A DNA stretch of 32,000 bases from Mucisphaera calidilacus (GCF_007748075.1 NZ_CP036280.1:570001-602000), one strand, 5' to 3'. Counted from the first letter of the stretch, positions 1 through 9,041 are shown. Notes: a model not told the origin generated them from the letters alone. Program-made: numbers and translations.

Positions 1-929
1 AGGAACCCACGATCCGCCACCACCCCCACAACGCCGGATTCGCCCTCATCCTCGTGCTCGTGCTCGTCATGATCGCCGGCTCGCTGCTCTCCGCCTACGC
101 GCACCACAGCGCGGTCACCGCCCTCGAGACCCGCGACGCCGCCGAGGCGCTCCAGCGACGATGGGCCACGATCTCCATGCGTGCCACCCTGCTCGAACGC
201 GTCCACCCCGTGCTCCTCCGCGCCGAGGACCGCGGGCTCGACGGCCGACGCCTCGCCGACACCGACGCCCAACCCGTTGCCATACGCACCACGCGCGTCA
301 CCCTCGCCGATCAGCCCTACACCCTCACCCTCTCCGACGAGCAGGCCAAGGTCGACGTCAGCGCCGTCGTCCGCGAGCAGGGCACACCCGCCGCCGAGCG
401 ATGGGTCCGCCGCCTCCTCCGCCAGACGTCGGGCAGCAGAGCGAACGACCTGACCATCCACCTCCAGCCGATCGCCCTGATCGATGACGCCCAGGCCACC
501 ACCATCCTCACCTTCGGACAAGTCTTCGACCGGGCCCGACCCGAACAGTTCCTCGCGCGCGGAACAGGCGGTCAACCCGCACCGGTCGACGCCATCACCT
601 GCTGGAGCAGCGGGAAACTCAACTATCAGCGGGCCTCCGACGACGCCCTCCGCCTGATGTGCGAGCCGGTTCTCGGGATCGCACGCAGCCGACGACTCAT
701 CGAGGCCCGCGACGAAGACCCCTTCCAGGACATGGAAGTCCTCCTGCGTCGTGCCGGCGCGACCGACCCCAAATCGAGCAAGGAGGTCCGGGCCGTCCTG
801 ACCGAACGCTCGCGCTGCCACGGCCTCTGGATCACCGCGCACGGCACGCAGAGAGACTGGTACTCCGCCATAATAGGTATCGGCGACCCCGACCTCGGCA
901 CCCTGCAGACACGCACCCTCGAGTGGTAA
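1..929 (+). CDS. GspK-like minor pseudopilin / T2SS-T4P assembly protein (5' partial, runs off window)
   Basis: Frame 3 is open from nt 3 and reads ...NAGFALILVLVLVMIAGSLL, a pseudopilin-type hydrophobic N-terminal helix, so the track's GTG at 54 is probably internal. 'TLSDEQAKVDVSAV' resembles the GspK DE-x-GK-hNhN signature as I remember it. It is the first gene of a K-(C/P)-L-M string. No search was run. Confidence 0.5.
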   Translation, partial: EPTIRHHPHNAGFALILVLVLVMIAGSLLSAYAHHSAVTALETRDAAEALQRRWATISMRATLLERVHPVLLRAEDRGLDGRRLADTDAQPVAIRTTRVTLADQPYTLTLSDEQAKVDVSAVVREQGTPAAERWVRRLLRQTSGSRANDLTIHLQPIALIDDAQATTILTFGQVFDRARPEQFLARGTGGQPAPVDAITCWSSGKLNYQRASDDALRLMCEPVLGIARSRRLIEARDEDPFQDMEVLLRRAGATDPKSSKEVRAVLTERSRCHGLWITAHGTQRDWYSAIIGIGDPDLGTLQTRTLEW

Positions 930-931
930 GC

Positions 932-1444
932 ATGAACCTACGCCAACGCAAGAACGCCATGGCCGGACTCGCGGGCTGCATCGCAGCAGCCGGTGTCGTC
1001 GTGCTCATCCTCGCGTTCACCCTCACCATCGAGCGCCCGCAGACCGACGTCGACCTCACCGACGCCGAAACCGGCGCAGCAGGCAGCGCCTCCCAGCCCA
1101 CCACCATCACCCGCGCCGGGCCGACGCTCAACGCGCTCCGGCAGGCCGCCGCCCTCGACCTCCGCCGCCCCCTCTACGACCCGTCCCCGCCGCCTCAGGT
1201 TCAGCGACCCACCACCACCCAACTCCCCGTCGAACTCGTCGCCACCATCGACGACGCGGACGCCTCGGTCGCCATCCTCCGCAAACGCGACGGCACCACC
1301 GAGATCGCCCTCGCCGGCGAGTCCATCACCACCCCCAACGGCACCATCACCGTCACCGCCGTCAAACAGCGGTCGGTCGAGATCAGCTTCCGCAACGCCA
1401 GCCACACGCTCACGCTGCCCGTCGAACCGGGGGGCACGCCATGA
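932..1444 (+). CDS. membrane-anchored GspC/PilP-like protein (hypothetical)
   Basis: ATG at 932 lies 2 nt after the upstream TAA. It has an N-terminal TM helix (AGLAGCIAAAGVVVLILAFTL) and a Pro-rich linker. The C-terminal beta-rich block 'VELVATIDDADASVAILRKRDG...TVTAVKQRSVEISF' resembles GspC-HR/PilP secretin-binding domains. The stop overlaps the next start (ATGA at 1441). Confidence 0.45.
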   Translation: MNLRQRKNAMAGLAGCIAAAGVVVLILAFTLTIERPQTDVDLTDAETGAAGSASQPTTITRAGPTLNALRQAAALDLRRPLYDPSPPPQVQRPTTTQLPVELVATIDDADASVAILRKRDGTTEIALAGESITTPNGTITVTAVKQRSVEISFRNASHTLTLPVEPGGTP

Positions 1445-2781
1445 CCACCCCCGCCCCCGCACCCCAGCTGCTCTATCCCGACGCCACCGAGTGGCACTAC
1501 GTCACGACCGACGCCTCAGGCGAGCGGGTTCACGAGATCCTCGACGTCGACGTCGAATTCGCGCCCGCCCAGACCGTCGAACAACTCCTCGAACGCGTTC
1601 CCGACCTCGACACCGTCATCATCCTCCTCCGATCTCAGCGGTGCCTCGCCGCCTCGATCGCCACCAACGAGCTCGAACGCGGCCAGCGACGCAAGGCCCT
1701 CGCCTTCCGTCTCGAAGAACACCTCCCCATCGCCGCCGAGCAGGTCGTCGTCGACTTCATCGAGACGCAGGACCACGCACTCGGCGTCTGCACCGACCTC
1801 GAAACCCTCCAGCCCGTCGTCCGAGCCTTCGAACAACTCGGCATCCAGATCCCCCACATCCTGCCCGAGGCCATGCTCCTCGCCGCAGCCCTCCACAAGC
1901 AGCAGAACACCCTCGACGCCATCGCGGTCACCCACCCCGACGAGTCGCAACGCGCCGTCGACCTGATCGAACTCAGCACCGGCAAGCCCATCCACTGGCA
2001 CTGGTACCCCGAACTCGGCGACGACCTCGTCGACCACCTCGCCTCCCTCGCCAGCGCCGAATCCGGCCCGCCAAGCCTCGCGCTCGTCACACCCGACGCC
2101 GAGGATCTCGCGCGGTTCGAGCCACACACCCAATCCCTGCACCACATCGATCAACCACGCGACGAGCTCCTCCGGGACGCCGCCCGCGACCTGCTCGAAG
2201 GACGGCTCACGCCCTGGTTCGACCTGCGTCGCGACCGCCTCGCCCCACCCGACCGATTCGAGACCTACCGCGGCTCCGCCATCCTCCTCGCCGCCGCCGC
2301 CATCTTCTGCCTCGCCTGCATCATCACCCTCACCCAGTGGTGGGGCGCACAGTACCGCTCCATCGCCGACGACCTTGTCGCCGAGCAGGTCACCGTCTTC
2401 AAAGAGGCCTTCCCCGACCAACGCGTCCCCGTCAATATCGTCGCACGCCTCCGCAGCGAGTCACGCAAGCTCGCAGGCATCAGCGGCAACGACGTCTCCG
2501 ATCCCTCCCTGCTCCGCCCGCCCTCCGCGCTCACCATCCTCCACCGCTTCCTCACCGCACTGCCACGCGACCAGCGCTTCCGCGTCACCGAGCTCTCGAT
2601 CGAGGCCGACACCTTTCGCGTCGACGGCGAAGCTCGCTCCCACGCCGAGGCCGAACGCATCGCACAGACCGTCCGGGCCAGCGACCACTTCGAGACCGAC
2701 CCGCCACGCACCCAGACCAAAGACGAACAAAGCGTGACCTACCTCTTCGAGGGCACCCCCACCCCGAGGAGCACGCCATGA
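1441..2781 (+). CDS. GspL-like bitopic assembly-platform protein
   Basis: 446 aa. A cytoplasmic N-domain (~270 aa) is followed by one TM helix (AILLAAAAIFCLACIITLTQWW) and a periplasmic C-domain of about 150 aa. This is the GspL/PilM-N fusion architecture. The gene sits between the C/P-like and M-like genes, with 4-nt overlaps at both ends. Confidence 0.55.
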   Translation: MTTPAPAPQLLYPDATEWHYVTTDASGERVHEILDVDVEFAPAQTVEQLLERVPDLDTVIILLRSQRCLAASIATNELERGQRRKALAFRLEEHLPIAAEQVVVDFIETQDHALGVCTDLETLQPVVRAFEQLGIQIPHILPEAMLLAAALHKQQNTLDAIAVTHPDESQRAVDLIELSTGKPIHWHWYPELGDDLVDHLASLASAESGPPSLALVTPDAEDLARFEPHTQSLHHIDQPRDELLRDAARDLLEGRLTPWFDLRRDRLAPPDRFETYRGSAILLAAAAIFCLACIITLTQWWGAQYRSIADDLVAEQVTVFKEAFPDQRVPVNIVARLRSESRKLAGISGNDVSDPSLLRPPSALTILHRFLTALPRDQRFRVTELSIEADTFRVDGEARSHAEAERIAQTVRASDHFETDPPRTQTKDEQSVTYLFEGTPTPRSTP

Positions 2782-3302
2782 CACGAGTCCAGAAACAGCT
2801 GGTCATGCTCGGTCTGCTCGTGACCCTCGCCGCCGCCGGCGCTCTCTGGAGCCTCAGCGACATGCTCGCGCGTCGGGGCGACGCCCGCTACGCGCTCGCA
2901 GACCTCAACACCAGCCGCGAACTGGTGGCCCGCATCGAGCAACTGCGCGACGAACCGAGCATCGCCGCCGCCGAAGACGTAGGCGTCCAGCAACTCAGCG
3001 CACGCATCGAGGCCGCACTCCGCACCGCGGGCATCAGCACCGGCAACATCGAGGGCATCTACCCCCAGCAGGAACGGCCCCTCGGCCAACTCCCCTATCA
3101 GGTCAAACCCACCTCACTCACGCTCCGAAGCGTCACCCTCCCGCAGTACGTCAACTTCCTCTACCACCTCACCGAGAACCCCGGTCTCAACGTCCGCGAT
3201 ATCCAGCTCCGGCAGCCCTCCGCCGCCGGCAACAACGCCCTCTGGGATACCGACACCACCCTGACCTATCTCATCTACACACCCCAAGAACCCACCCCGT
3301 GA
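2778..3302 (+). CDS. GspM/PilO-like small bitopic protein
   Basis: ATG at 2778 overlaps the upstream stop. 174 aa with one N-terminal TM helix (LVMLGLLVTLAAAGALWSL) and then a coiled/ferredoxin-like periplasmic part. The call rests on its size and its position after the GspL-like gene. Confidence 0.45.
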   Translation: MTRVQKQLVMLGLLVTLAAAGALWSLSDMLARRGDARYALADLNTSRELVARIEQLRDEPSIAAAEDVGVQQLSARIEAALRTAGISTGNIEGIYPQQERPLGQLPYQVKPTSLTLRSVTLPQYVNFLYHLTENPGLNVRDIQLRQPSAAGNNALWDTDTTLTYLIYTPQEPTP

Positions 3303-3916
3303 CCACCATGAAGGATGACCGCCCCGTGTCCACACGCCTGACGATCCCCGCGATCGCAATCCTCCTCGCACTCGGCCCCGGCTGCGTCACCAACCAGCAG
3401 GCCGAGACCCCACACGCCAACTACAGCACCGTCCAGGCCAGCGTCGACCGCGACACCGACAAGGCCCGCCAACGCAACGCCAAAGGCCTCGAGCACCTAC
3501 TCGTCGGCGACCTCGACGACGCCGAGCAGCAGTTCCGCTCCGCCCTGCAGGCCGATGTCCAGTACGGCCCCGCCCACAACAACCTCGGCAAGATCCTCTA
3601 TCTCAAGCAGGACTACTATCAGGCCGCCTGGGAATTCGAATACGCCCGCGAGTTGATGCCCGCCAACGCCGCCCCCCACAACAACCTCGGACTCGTCCAC
3701 GAGCAGACCGGCGAACTCGACCGCGCCGTCGAGCACTTCCGCCAGGCCATCAGCCTCGACGCCGACAACATCGAATACCGCGCCAACCTCGCACGCACCC
3801 TCGTCCGCCGAGGCGACCGCACCGACGAACTCCGTACCCTCCGCGACCAGATCATCGCGGAAGACACCCGCAACGAATGGATCACTTGGGCAAAATCGCT
3901 CAATATCGATGACTGA
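3299..3916 (+). CDS. TPR-repeat lipoprotein (PilF/PilW-like pilotin candidate)
   Basis: Signal peptide with lipobox (AILLALGPG-C). At least three TPR units are visible (AEQQFRSALQADVQYGPAHNNLG..., AAWEFEYARELMPANAAPHNNLG..., AVEHFRQAISLDADNIEYRANLA). The start is either GTG 3299 (overlapping the GspM-like stop) or ATG 3308. Confidence 0.8.
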   Translation: MTTMKDDRPVSTRLTIPAIAILLALGPGCVTNQQAETPHANYSTVQASVDRDTDKARQRNAKGLEHLLVGDLDDAEQQFRSALQADVQYGPAHNNLGKILYLKQDYYQAAWEFEYARELMPANAAPHNNLGLVHEQTGELDRAVEHFRQAISLDADNIEYRANLARTLVRRGDRTDELRTLRDQIIAEDTRNEWITWAKSLNIDD

Positions 3917-4135
3917 TCGCGCAGCTTGCGGTTGCGCAGCCTGTCGCATCGAACGGGTCCCGAGTCTATAATCCCTTTGCAGGCAGAAGCCTGTGAAGGT
4001 GATCGGGAACCGGTACCGAAAAACAAAATCGTTCATACCCCCCGGCACCCCCTCCGGACGGCTGTCGCAGGGTGAACAGAGTTGACCCCCACCGCCTGAT
4101 TTCATCCTCAGGCCTACCCATCGAGGAGCAGGGCA

Positions 4136-4492
4136 ATGGCATTGGAATGCGAACTGGTCGAAGGCGTTGAAGACCTCACCATCGTCCGATTGGTCGGCAA
4201 ACTGGATATCCAGGGCACGAACAACATCAACATGAAGTTCCACGCCAAGACCGCCGCCCGCCAGAAACCCACCGTCATCGACCTCGAGGGCGTCACCTTC
4301 GTCAGTTCCATCGGCATCGGCATGCTCGTCACCTGCGCCACCTCCCTCAAACGCAAGGGCTGCGAGGTCATCCTCGCCGCCGCCAAACCCGAGATCGAAG
4401 AGGTCTTCCGCGCCTCCCGGCTCGACGCCTTCTTCCGCATCGTCGACACCGTCGAAGAAGCCGAATCCCTCCTCCGCGCCGACGCAGCCTGA
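4136..4492 (+). CDS. STAS-domain anti-sigma-factor antagonist (SpoIIAA-like)
   Basis: 118 aa. 'VIDLEGVTFVSSIGIGMLV' matches the STAS phospho-serine loop/helix pattern. A GAGGAG Shine-Dalgarno sequence lies upstream of the ATG. Confidence 0.85.
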   Translation: MALECELVEGVEDLTIVRLVGKLDIQGTNNINMKFHAKTAARQKPTVIDLEGVTFVSSIGIGMLVTCATSLKRKGCEVILAAAKPEIEEVFRASRLDAFFRIVDTVEEAESLLRADAA

Positions 4493-4580
4493 TCCGTCCG
4501 CACCACGACCCGACCCCGCTCAGGACTCACTCAACCCCGATCCCAACCCCACGCCCACGCCACGACTCGCTAGAATCGTG

Positions 4581-4599
4581 AACAGATGATCTGTGCGCA
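4581..4599. promoter_or_regulatory. operator candidate AACAGATGATCTGTGCGCA (contains the 13-nt palindrome ACAGAT-g-ATCTGT) just downstream of a TAGAAT -10-like box (4571-4576)
   Basis: It is 17/19 identical to 29151-29169. It lies about 90 nt upstream of the first sulfatase operon. Confidence 0.5.
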
Positions 4600-4687
4600 T
4601 GGTTGTGCACCGCTCATCCCCATCACGCCGTCGTCTTTCGAGCTCACGCAACGGCTCGAAACACCGACCAGTCCAAGGGGAATCGCG

Positions 4688-6253
4688 ATGCCCGAGTCTC
4701 AACGCCCCAACATCCTCCTGCTGATGACCGATCAGCAGCGGCACGACACCGTGGCCGCCCTCGGCAACAACACCATCAAAACTCCCTCCCTCGACCGGCT
4801 CTGCGCCGAAGGAACCGCCTTCACGCGCGCCTACTCGCCCACACCCGTCTGCGTCGCCGCCCGCTGCGCACTCATGACCGGCAAGCCCGCTCACGAGACA
4901 GGCTGCTACGACAACACCGACCAGCCTCAGGACGTCCCGAGCTTCGCCGAGGTCCTCGCCGACGCCGGCTACCAGACCCACGCCGTCGGCAAGATGCACT
5001 TCACGCCCGACCCCCACCGCATGTGGGGCTTCCAGTCCCGCGACGTCTCCGAAGAGGGCTGGGAAACCGAGCCCAACGACGATTTCCGCAACTACGTCCG
5101 CGACCAGGGCTACGACCACGTCAGCGCCTTCCAGGGCATCCGCAGCGAGTTCTACTACGTCCCCCAGCCCTCGCAGCTGCCCGCACGCCACCACCACACC
5201 CACTGGACCGTTGACCGCAGCATCGACTTTCTCAAACGTCGCGACACGTCCCGCCCCTTCCTTCTCAAGACCAGCTTCATCAAGCCCCATCCGCCCTTCG
5301 AGAACCCCGAGCCGTGGAGCCGCCTCTACCGCGGCCCGCAGATGCCCGCGCCCTTCACGCCCGAGACGGGCGACGAACTGACCACCTACTGGAATCGCGT
5401 CCAGAATCGCTACAAGTATGGCGACGCGGGCAACGACGGCTACCTCGAACGTCTCCGAGTCGCCGCCTATTACGCCAACATCAGCTTCATCGACCAGCAG
5501 GTCGGACGCCTTCTCGATGCCCTCGGCGACGAACGCGACAACACCATCGTCATCTACTTCGCCGACCACGGCGAGTTCCTTGGCGACTACGGCTGCTACG
5601 GCAAACGCACCATGCAGGACGCCGCCAGCCGTATCCCGATGATCGTCCGCATGCCCGGACGCGTCCCCGCCGGACAGCAGGTCACCCGGCCCGCCACCAT
5701 CCTCGACATCTTCCCCACCCTCCTCGACGCCGCGGGGATCTCATCGGACAAGCCCTCCGACGAGGGCGAGAGCCTCATCGACCTCGCCAACGACAACTGC
5801 CAACGCGACGTCGTCTTCTCGCAGTTCCAGATGGCCGAGTACGGCCTCTACATGGCCGTCAGCGAGAACGACAAGTACGTCTACTCCGCACCCGACCGCC
5901 GCGAGATCTACGTCGACGACAAGACCGATCCCCGCGAGACACGCAACGCCATCAACGTCCCCGGCAACGACCGGCGCGCCGCCTACCTCCGCCAGAAACT
6001 CATCGACCGCCACTCCCGCGCCAACGACACCTACGCCGTCACCGACGGCCGCTGGCGTCAATACCCGCCCGTCACCTTCGACAGCACGCCCGACCGCGGC
6101 CTGCTCTACCAGGACAACCCCGCGCTCCAGGCCGCCATCGACGACCTCGGACCCGGCTACGCCCGCGACGTCACCACCACCGATGGCGTTGCCATGTCCC
6201 TGCTCTGCCCCGAAACCAGCTACCCGCCCGTTGAAGAAGAACCCGCGTCATGA
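4688..6253 (+). CDS. formylglycine-dependent sulfatase, C-x-A-x-R variant, no signal peptide
   Basis: 'NILLLMTDQQRHD' metal-binding N-terminus and 'PTPVCVAARCALMTGK' active-site box. The ATG at 4688 is preceded by AGGGG. The track's 4586 start would place the operator-like element at 4581-4599 inside the CDS. Confidence 0.9.
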   Translation: MPESQRPNILLLMTDQQRHDTVAALGNNTIKTPSLDRLCAEGTAFTRAYSPTPVCVAARCALMTGKPAHETGCYDNTDQPQDVPSFAEVLADAGYQTHAVGKMHFTPDPHRMWGFQSRDVSEEGWETEPNDDFRNYVRDQGYDHVSAFQGIRSEFYYVPQPSQLPARHHHTHWTVDRSIDFLKRRDTSRPFLLKTSFIKPHPPFENPEPWSRLYRGPQMPAPFTPETGDELTTYWNRVQNRYKYGDAGNDGYLERLRVAAYYANISFIDQQVGRLLDALGDERDNTIVIYFADHGEFLGDYGCYGKRTMQDAASRIPMIVRMPGRVPAGQQVTRPATILDIFPTLLDAAGISSDKPSDEGESLIDLANDNCQRDVVFSQFQMAEYGLYMAVSENDKYVYSAPDRREIYVDDKTDPRETRNAINVPGNDRRAAYLRQKLIDRHSRANDTYAVTDGRWRQYPPVTFDSTPDRGLLYQDNPALQAAIDDLGPGYARDVTTTDGVAMSLLCPETSYPPVEEEPAS

Positions 6254-7686
6254 GCACCCAACGCCCCCACATCATCATCCTCTGCCCCGACGAGATGCGT
6301 GCCTCCGCCGTCGCCGCCTGGGGCAACCCCGCCGTCGCCACGCCCAGCATAGACGGCCTCGCCGCACGATCGATCAAGTTCGACCGCGCCTTCACCAACC
6401 ACACCAAGTGCACACCCTCACGCTGCAGCTTCCTCACCAGCCAGTACCCCCACGTCGGCGGACACCGCACCCTCGACATGCCCGTCCGCGCCCACGAGGT
6501 CAACCTCGTCCGCTACCTCAGGGAGAACTACGGCTACCGCACCGCGCTCGTCGGCAAGAACCACTGCGTCGACGACGAGACCCAGCAACTCACCTTCGAC
6601 TTCCGCGGACGCGGCGAGGGCGGCGACGGCTACCTCGACCCCTACGAAGAAACCGGCATGCCCACCGGCAGCTACTACGTCGGTAAGGACCCCCGTAAGC
6701 TCAGCGAGCACGGCGACTACACCTCCACCACCATGGCCATCGACTGGCTCCGCGACGAGATCAACGACGACCCCGACACCCCCAGACTCCTCTGGCTCAA
6801 CTGGGACCACCCCCACTGCCCCTACCGCGCGCCCGAGCCGTTCCACGGCATCACGCCTCGCGACAAGGTCCCCGATGCCATCCCGCCCATACCCGAGTTC
6901 GAGCCGCTCTCCCACACCACACTCCGCGAGGCCTATGGCGTCGCCGACATGACCCCCGAGCAGTGGCGCGAACTCCACGCCGTCTACCTCGACATGACCA
7001 CCATGGTCGATGCCGACGTCAAACGCGTCCTCGACACCGTCGAACAACTCGGCATCGCCGACAACACCATCATCGTCTTCTGGTCCGACCACGGCGACTT
7101 CGCGGGCGACTACGGCCTGCCCGAAAAATGGGACACCTGCTTCAGCGACAACCTCGTCCACGTCCCGCTCATCATCCACGCCCCCAACACCGACGCCTCC
7201 GCCTACAACGGACTTACCGAGACCATCGATATCCTCCCCACCGTCCTCGACCTCGCCGGCATTCCCGCGCCGGGCGGCATCCAGGGCCGAAGCCACCGCG
7301 ACGCCATCCGCGGCAACACCGACCAGCCCGTGCGCGACGTCGTCTTCACAGAGGGCGGCCAGGAACCCGAGCTGCTCGAACGCGTCACGCCCGTCGACGC
7401 ACGCCCGCGACCCTGCCAGGCCTACCTCATGAAGCAGCAGGCCCTGGTCAACGAGCCGCAGATCAACCTCCGCAGCAAGATGATCCGAGGCGACCGCTAC
7501 AAGTACGTCGCACGACTCGACGGCGACGAACAGCTCTTCGACCTCGAGAACGACCCGCACGAACACCACGACCTCGCCAGGTCAGGCGACGCCGAAGACA
7601 TCCTCAACACCATGCGCCGACGCATGATGCTCAAGCTCATGGAAGCCGAGAACAACGACCCCGATCAGGATTACCTCGACTCCTGA
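6250..7686 (+). CDS. sulfatase (C-T-P-S-R type), no signal peptide
   Basis: 'HTKCTPSRCSFLTSQYP' signature plus 'IVFWSDHGDFAGDYG'. The start overlaps the upstream stop (ATGA), so it forms an operon with 4688..6253. Confidence 0.9.
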   Translation: MSTQRPHIIILCPDEMRASAVAAWGNPAVATPSIDGLAARSIKFDRAFTNHTKCTPSRCSFLTSQYPHVGGHRTLDMPVRAHEVNLVRYLRENYGYRTALVGKNHCVDDETQQLTFDFRGRGEGGDGYLDPYEETGMPTGSYYVGKDPRKLSEHGDYTSTTMAIDWLRDEINDDPDTPRLLWLNWDHPHCPYRAPEPFHGITPRDKVPDAIPPIPEFEPLSHTTLREAYGVADMTPEQWRELHAVYLDMTTMVDADVKRVLDTVEQLGIADNTIIVFWSDHGDFAGDYGLPEKWDTCFSDNLVHVPLIIHAPNTDASAYNGLTETIDILPTVLDLAGIPAPGGIQGRSHRDAIRGNTDQPVRDVVFTEGGQEPELLERVTPVDARPRPCQAYLMKQQALVNEPQINLRSKMIRGDRYKYVARLDGDEQLFDLENDPHEHHDLARSGDAEDILNTMRRRMMLKLMEAENNDPDQDYLDS

Positions 7687-7694
7687 ACCCGCAC

Positions 7695-9038
7695 TCAGTG
7701 CAACGCGTCGACGGGGGCGATCACCATCGTCTCCGGCGCGACCCACGAGCCATCCATCGTGTCGTCCGTCTCCGCTCGCCACGCGTCCATCTGCCCACGC
7801 AGGTCGTCCGCCACCGCGCGATAGCCCGGGTCATCGATCCGGTTCACCAGCGCCGTCGGGTCAAACAGCAGGTCGAACAACGCCTCCTCCTCCTGCGCCT
7901 GCTCCGGCCAGCCGCCGGCCACGAGCCGTGACTTGCTCACGCTCCGGTCGCAGTTGGGCAGCACCGGGTGGTCGTGCGTGATCAGCCGCCGGATGTAGAG
8001 ATAACGATCCGTGCGCACCGAACGCGCCGGCTCCACGCACACGTGCACGTTCGTCTCGCAGAAGACCGAATCGCGGTGATGATCCTCGGCAGCGGCATCA
8101 CTCAGCAACGCCTCAAACCCGCTGCCACGGCTCCACGACGGCACCGCCACGCCCGCCATCGCGCAAAGCGTCGCAGCAACATCGATGTGACTCACCAACG
8201 CATCACGCACCACGCCCTCCGCGACACCCGGACCTCGCATCATCAGCAGCACGCCCGTGCCCTGGTCGCTGAGCGTCCCCTTCATCCGCGGAAACGCGAT
8301 CCCGTGGTCCGTCGTGATGATCACGATCGTCCGGCCCGCATGACCCGAACGCTCCAGCGCATCAAAGATCCGGCCGTAATAACCGTCCAGACGCTGCGCC
8401 GACAGACAGTAATCCGCGATGTCCTCGCGCGTCTCAGGCGTGTCCGGCAGGGGGGTGGGCACCGCGACGTAACGACCGTCGCCCTCCGGCCGCTTCGAGT
8501 TGCTGTGCCACGCGACCTCCTCATCACCTCGCTCCGTCTTGCCCGTCCGGTGCGTCACGAAGAATCCAGCGTCGAGAAAAAAGGGCCTGCTGCCATCCTG
8601 TTCCGAAAGAAAAGCCTCCACCGCCGGGGCCACTTCCTCGTCACGCTCGATCGCGCCCGCGGCCGACGCGGTCAGGTCCCGCTCGTACCCGTAAGCCCCG
8701 TGGTTCGTGCGCGCATCCATGACGTGCTCAAGCCCCGCGATGGCCGTCGCGTATCCCGCCTCACGCAGCACCGCCGGCAGCATCTGGCTCGGATCATTCA
8801 ACCTCGCCCCACGGTGCGTCAGGCCGAGCATCCCGTTCTCGTGCGGATAACGGCCCGTCAGCATCGCAGCACGGCTTGGCGAACACGTCGGTCCCACGCA
8901 GAACGCGCGACGAAAAACCGTCCCCTGCTCCGCAAAACGCTGCAGCGCGGGCGTCGCGACCGCGTGCCCGTAAGGCTGGATCATCCGCCCCGTGTCGTGG
9001 CTGTGCAGATAAACAATGTTCGGGCGATCCGTGGCCAT
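7695..9038 (-). CDS. sulfatase (C-S-P-S-R type), no signal peptide
   Basis: 'NIVYLHSHDTGR', 'GPTCSPSRAAMLTGRYPHENG' and 'IITTDHG'. It starts 3 nt downstream of the preceding minus-strand sulfatase. Confidence 0.9.
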   Translation of the reverse strand: MATDRPNIVYLHSHDTGRMIQPYGHAVATPALQRFAEQGTVFRRAFCVGPTCSPSRAAMLTGRYPHENGMLGLTHRGARLNDPSQMLPAVLREAGYATAIAGLEHVMDARTNHGAYGYERDLTASAAGAIERDEEVAPAVEAFLSEQDGSRPFFLDAGFFVTHRTGKTERGDEEVAWHSNSKRPEGDGRYVAVPTPLPDTPETREDIADYCLSAQRLDGYYGRIFDALERSGHAGRTIVIITTDHGIAFPRMKGTLSDQGTGVLLMMRGPGVAEGVVRDALVSHIDVAATLCAMAGVAVPSWSRGSGFEALLSDAAAEDHHRDSVFCETNVHVCVEPARSVRTDRYLYIRRLITHDHPVLPNCDRSVSKSRLVAGGWPEQAQEEEALFDLLFDPTALVNRIDDPGYRAVADDLRGQMDAWRAETDDTMDGSWVAPETMVIAPVDALH

Positions 9039-9041
9039 GAC

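Noticed and set aside
993-3302. 769-aa ORF spanning three genes in another + frame
   Set aside because: The translation is extremely Arg/Pro/His/Thr-rich and low in complexity, and has no motifs. It overlaps the GspC/L/M-like genes, which have sensible TM segments and coupled starts. It is a typical GC-driven shadow ORF.
4586-4687. N-terminal extensions offered by the ORF track: sulfatase 1 from 4586, GH127-like from 12240, sulfatase 4 from 10472, small PEP-CTERM protein from 28004
   Set aside because: In each case an internal ATG has a proper Shine-Dalgarno sequence and yields a canonical N-terminus (mature enzyme start or signal peptide). The extension would overlap an operator/promoter region or the upstream gene.
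7684-7700. Convergent sulfatase genes end only 8 nt apart, with a GCACT-c-AGTGC palindrome
   Set aside because: The 1-nt loop cannot form an RNA hairpin. This is probably just tight packing, and termination presumably occurs inside the opposing genes or is Rho-dependent.
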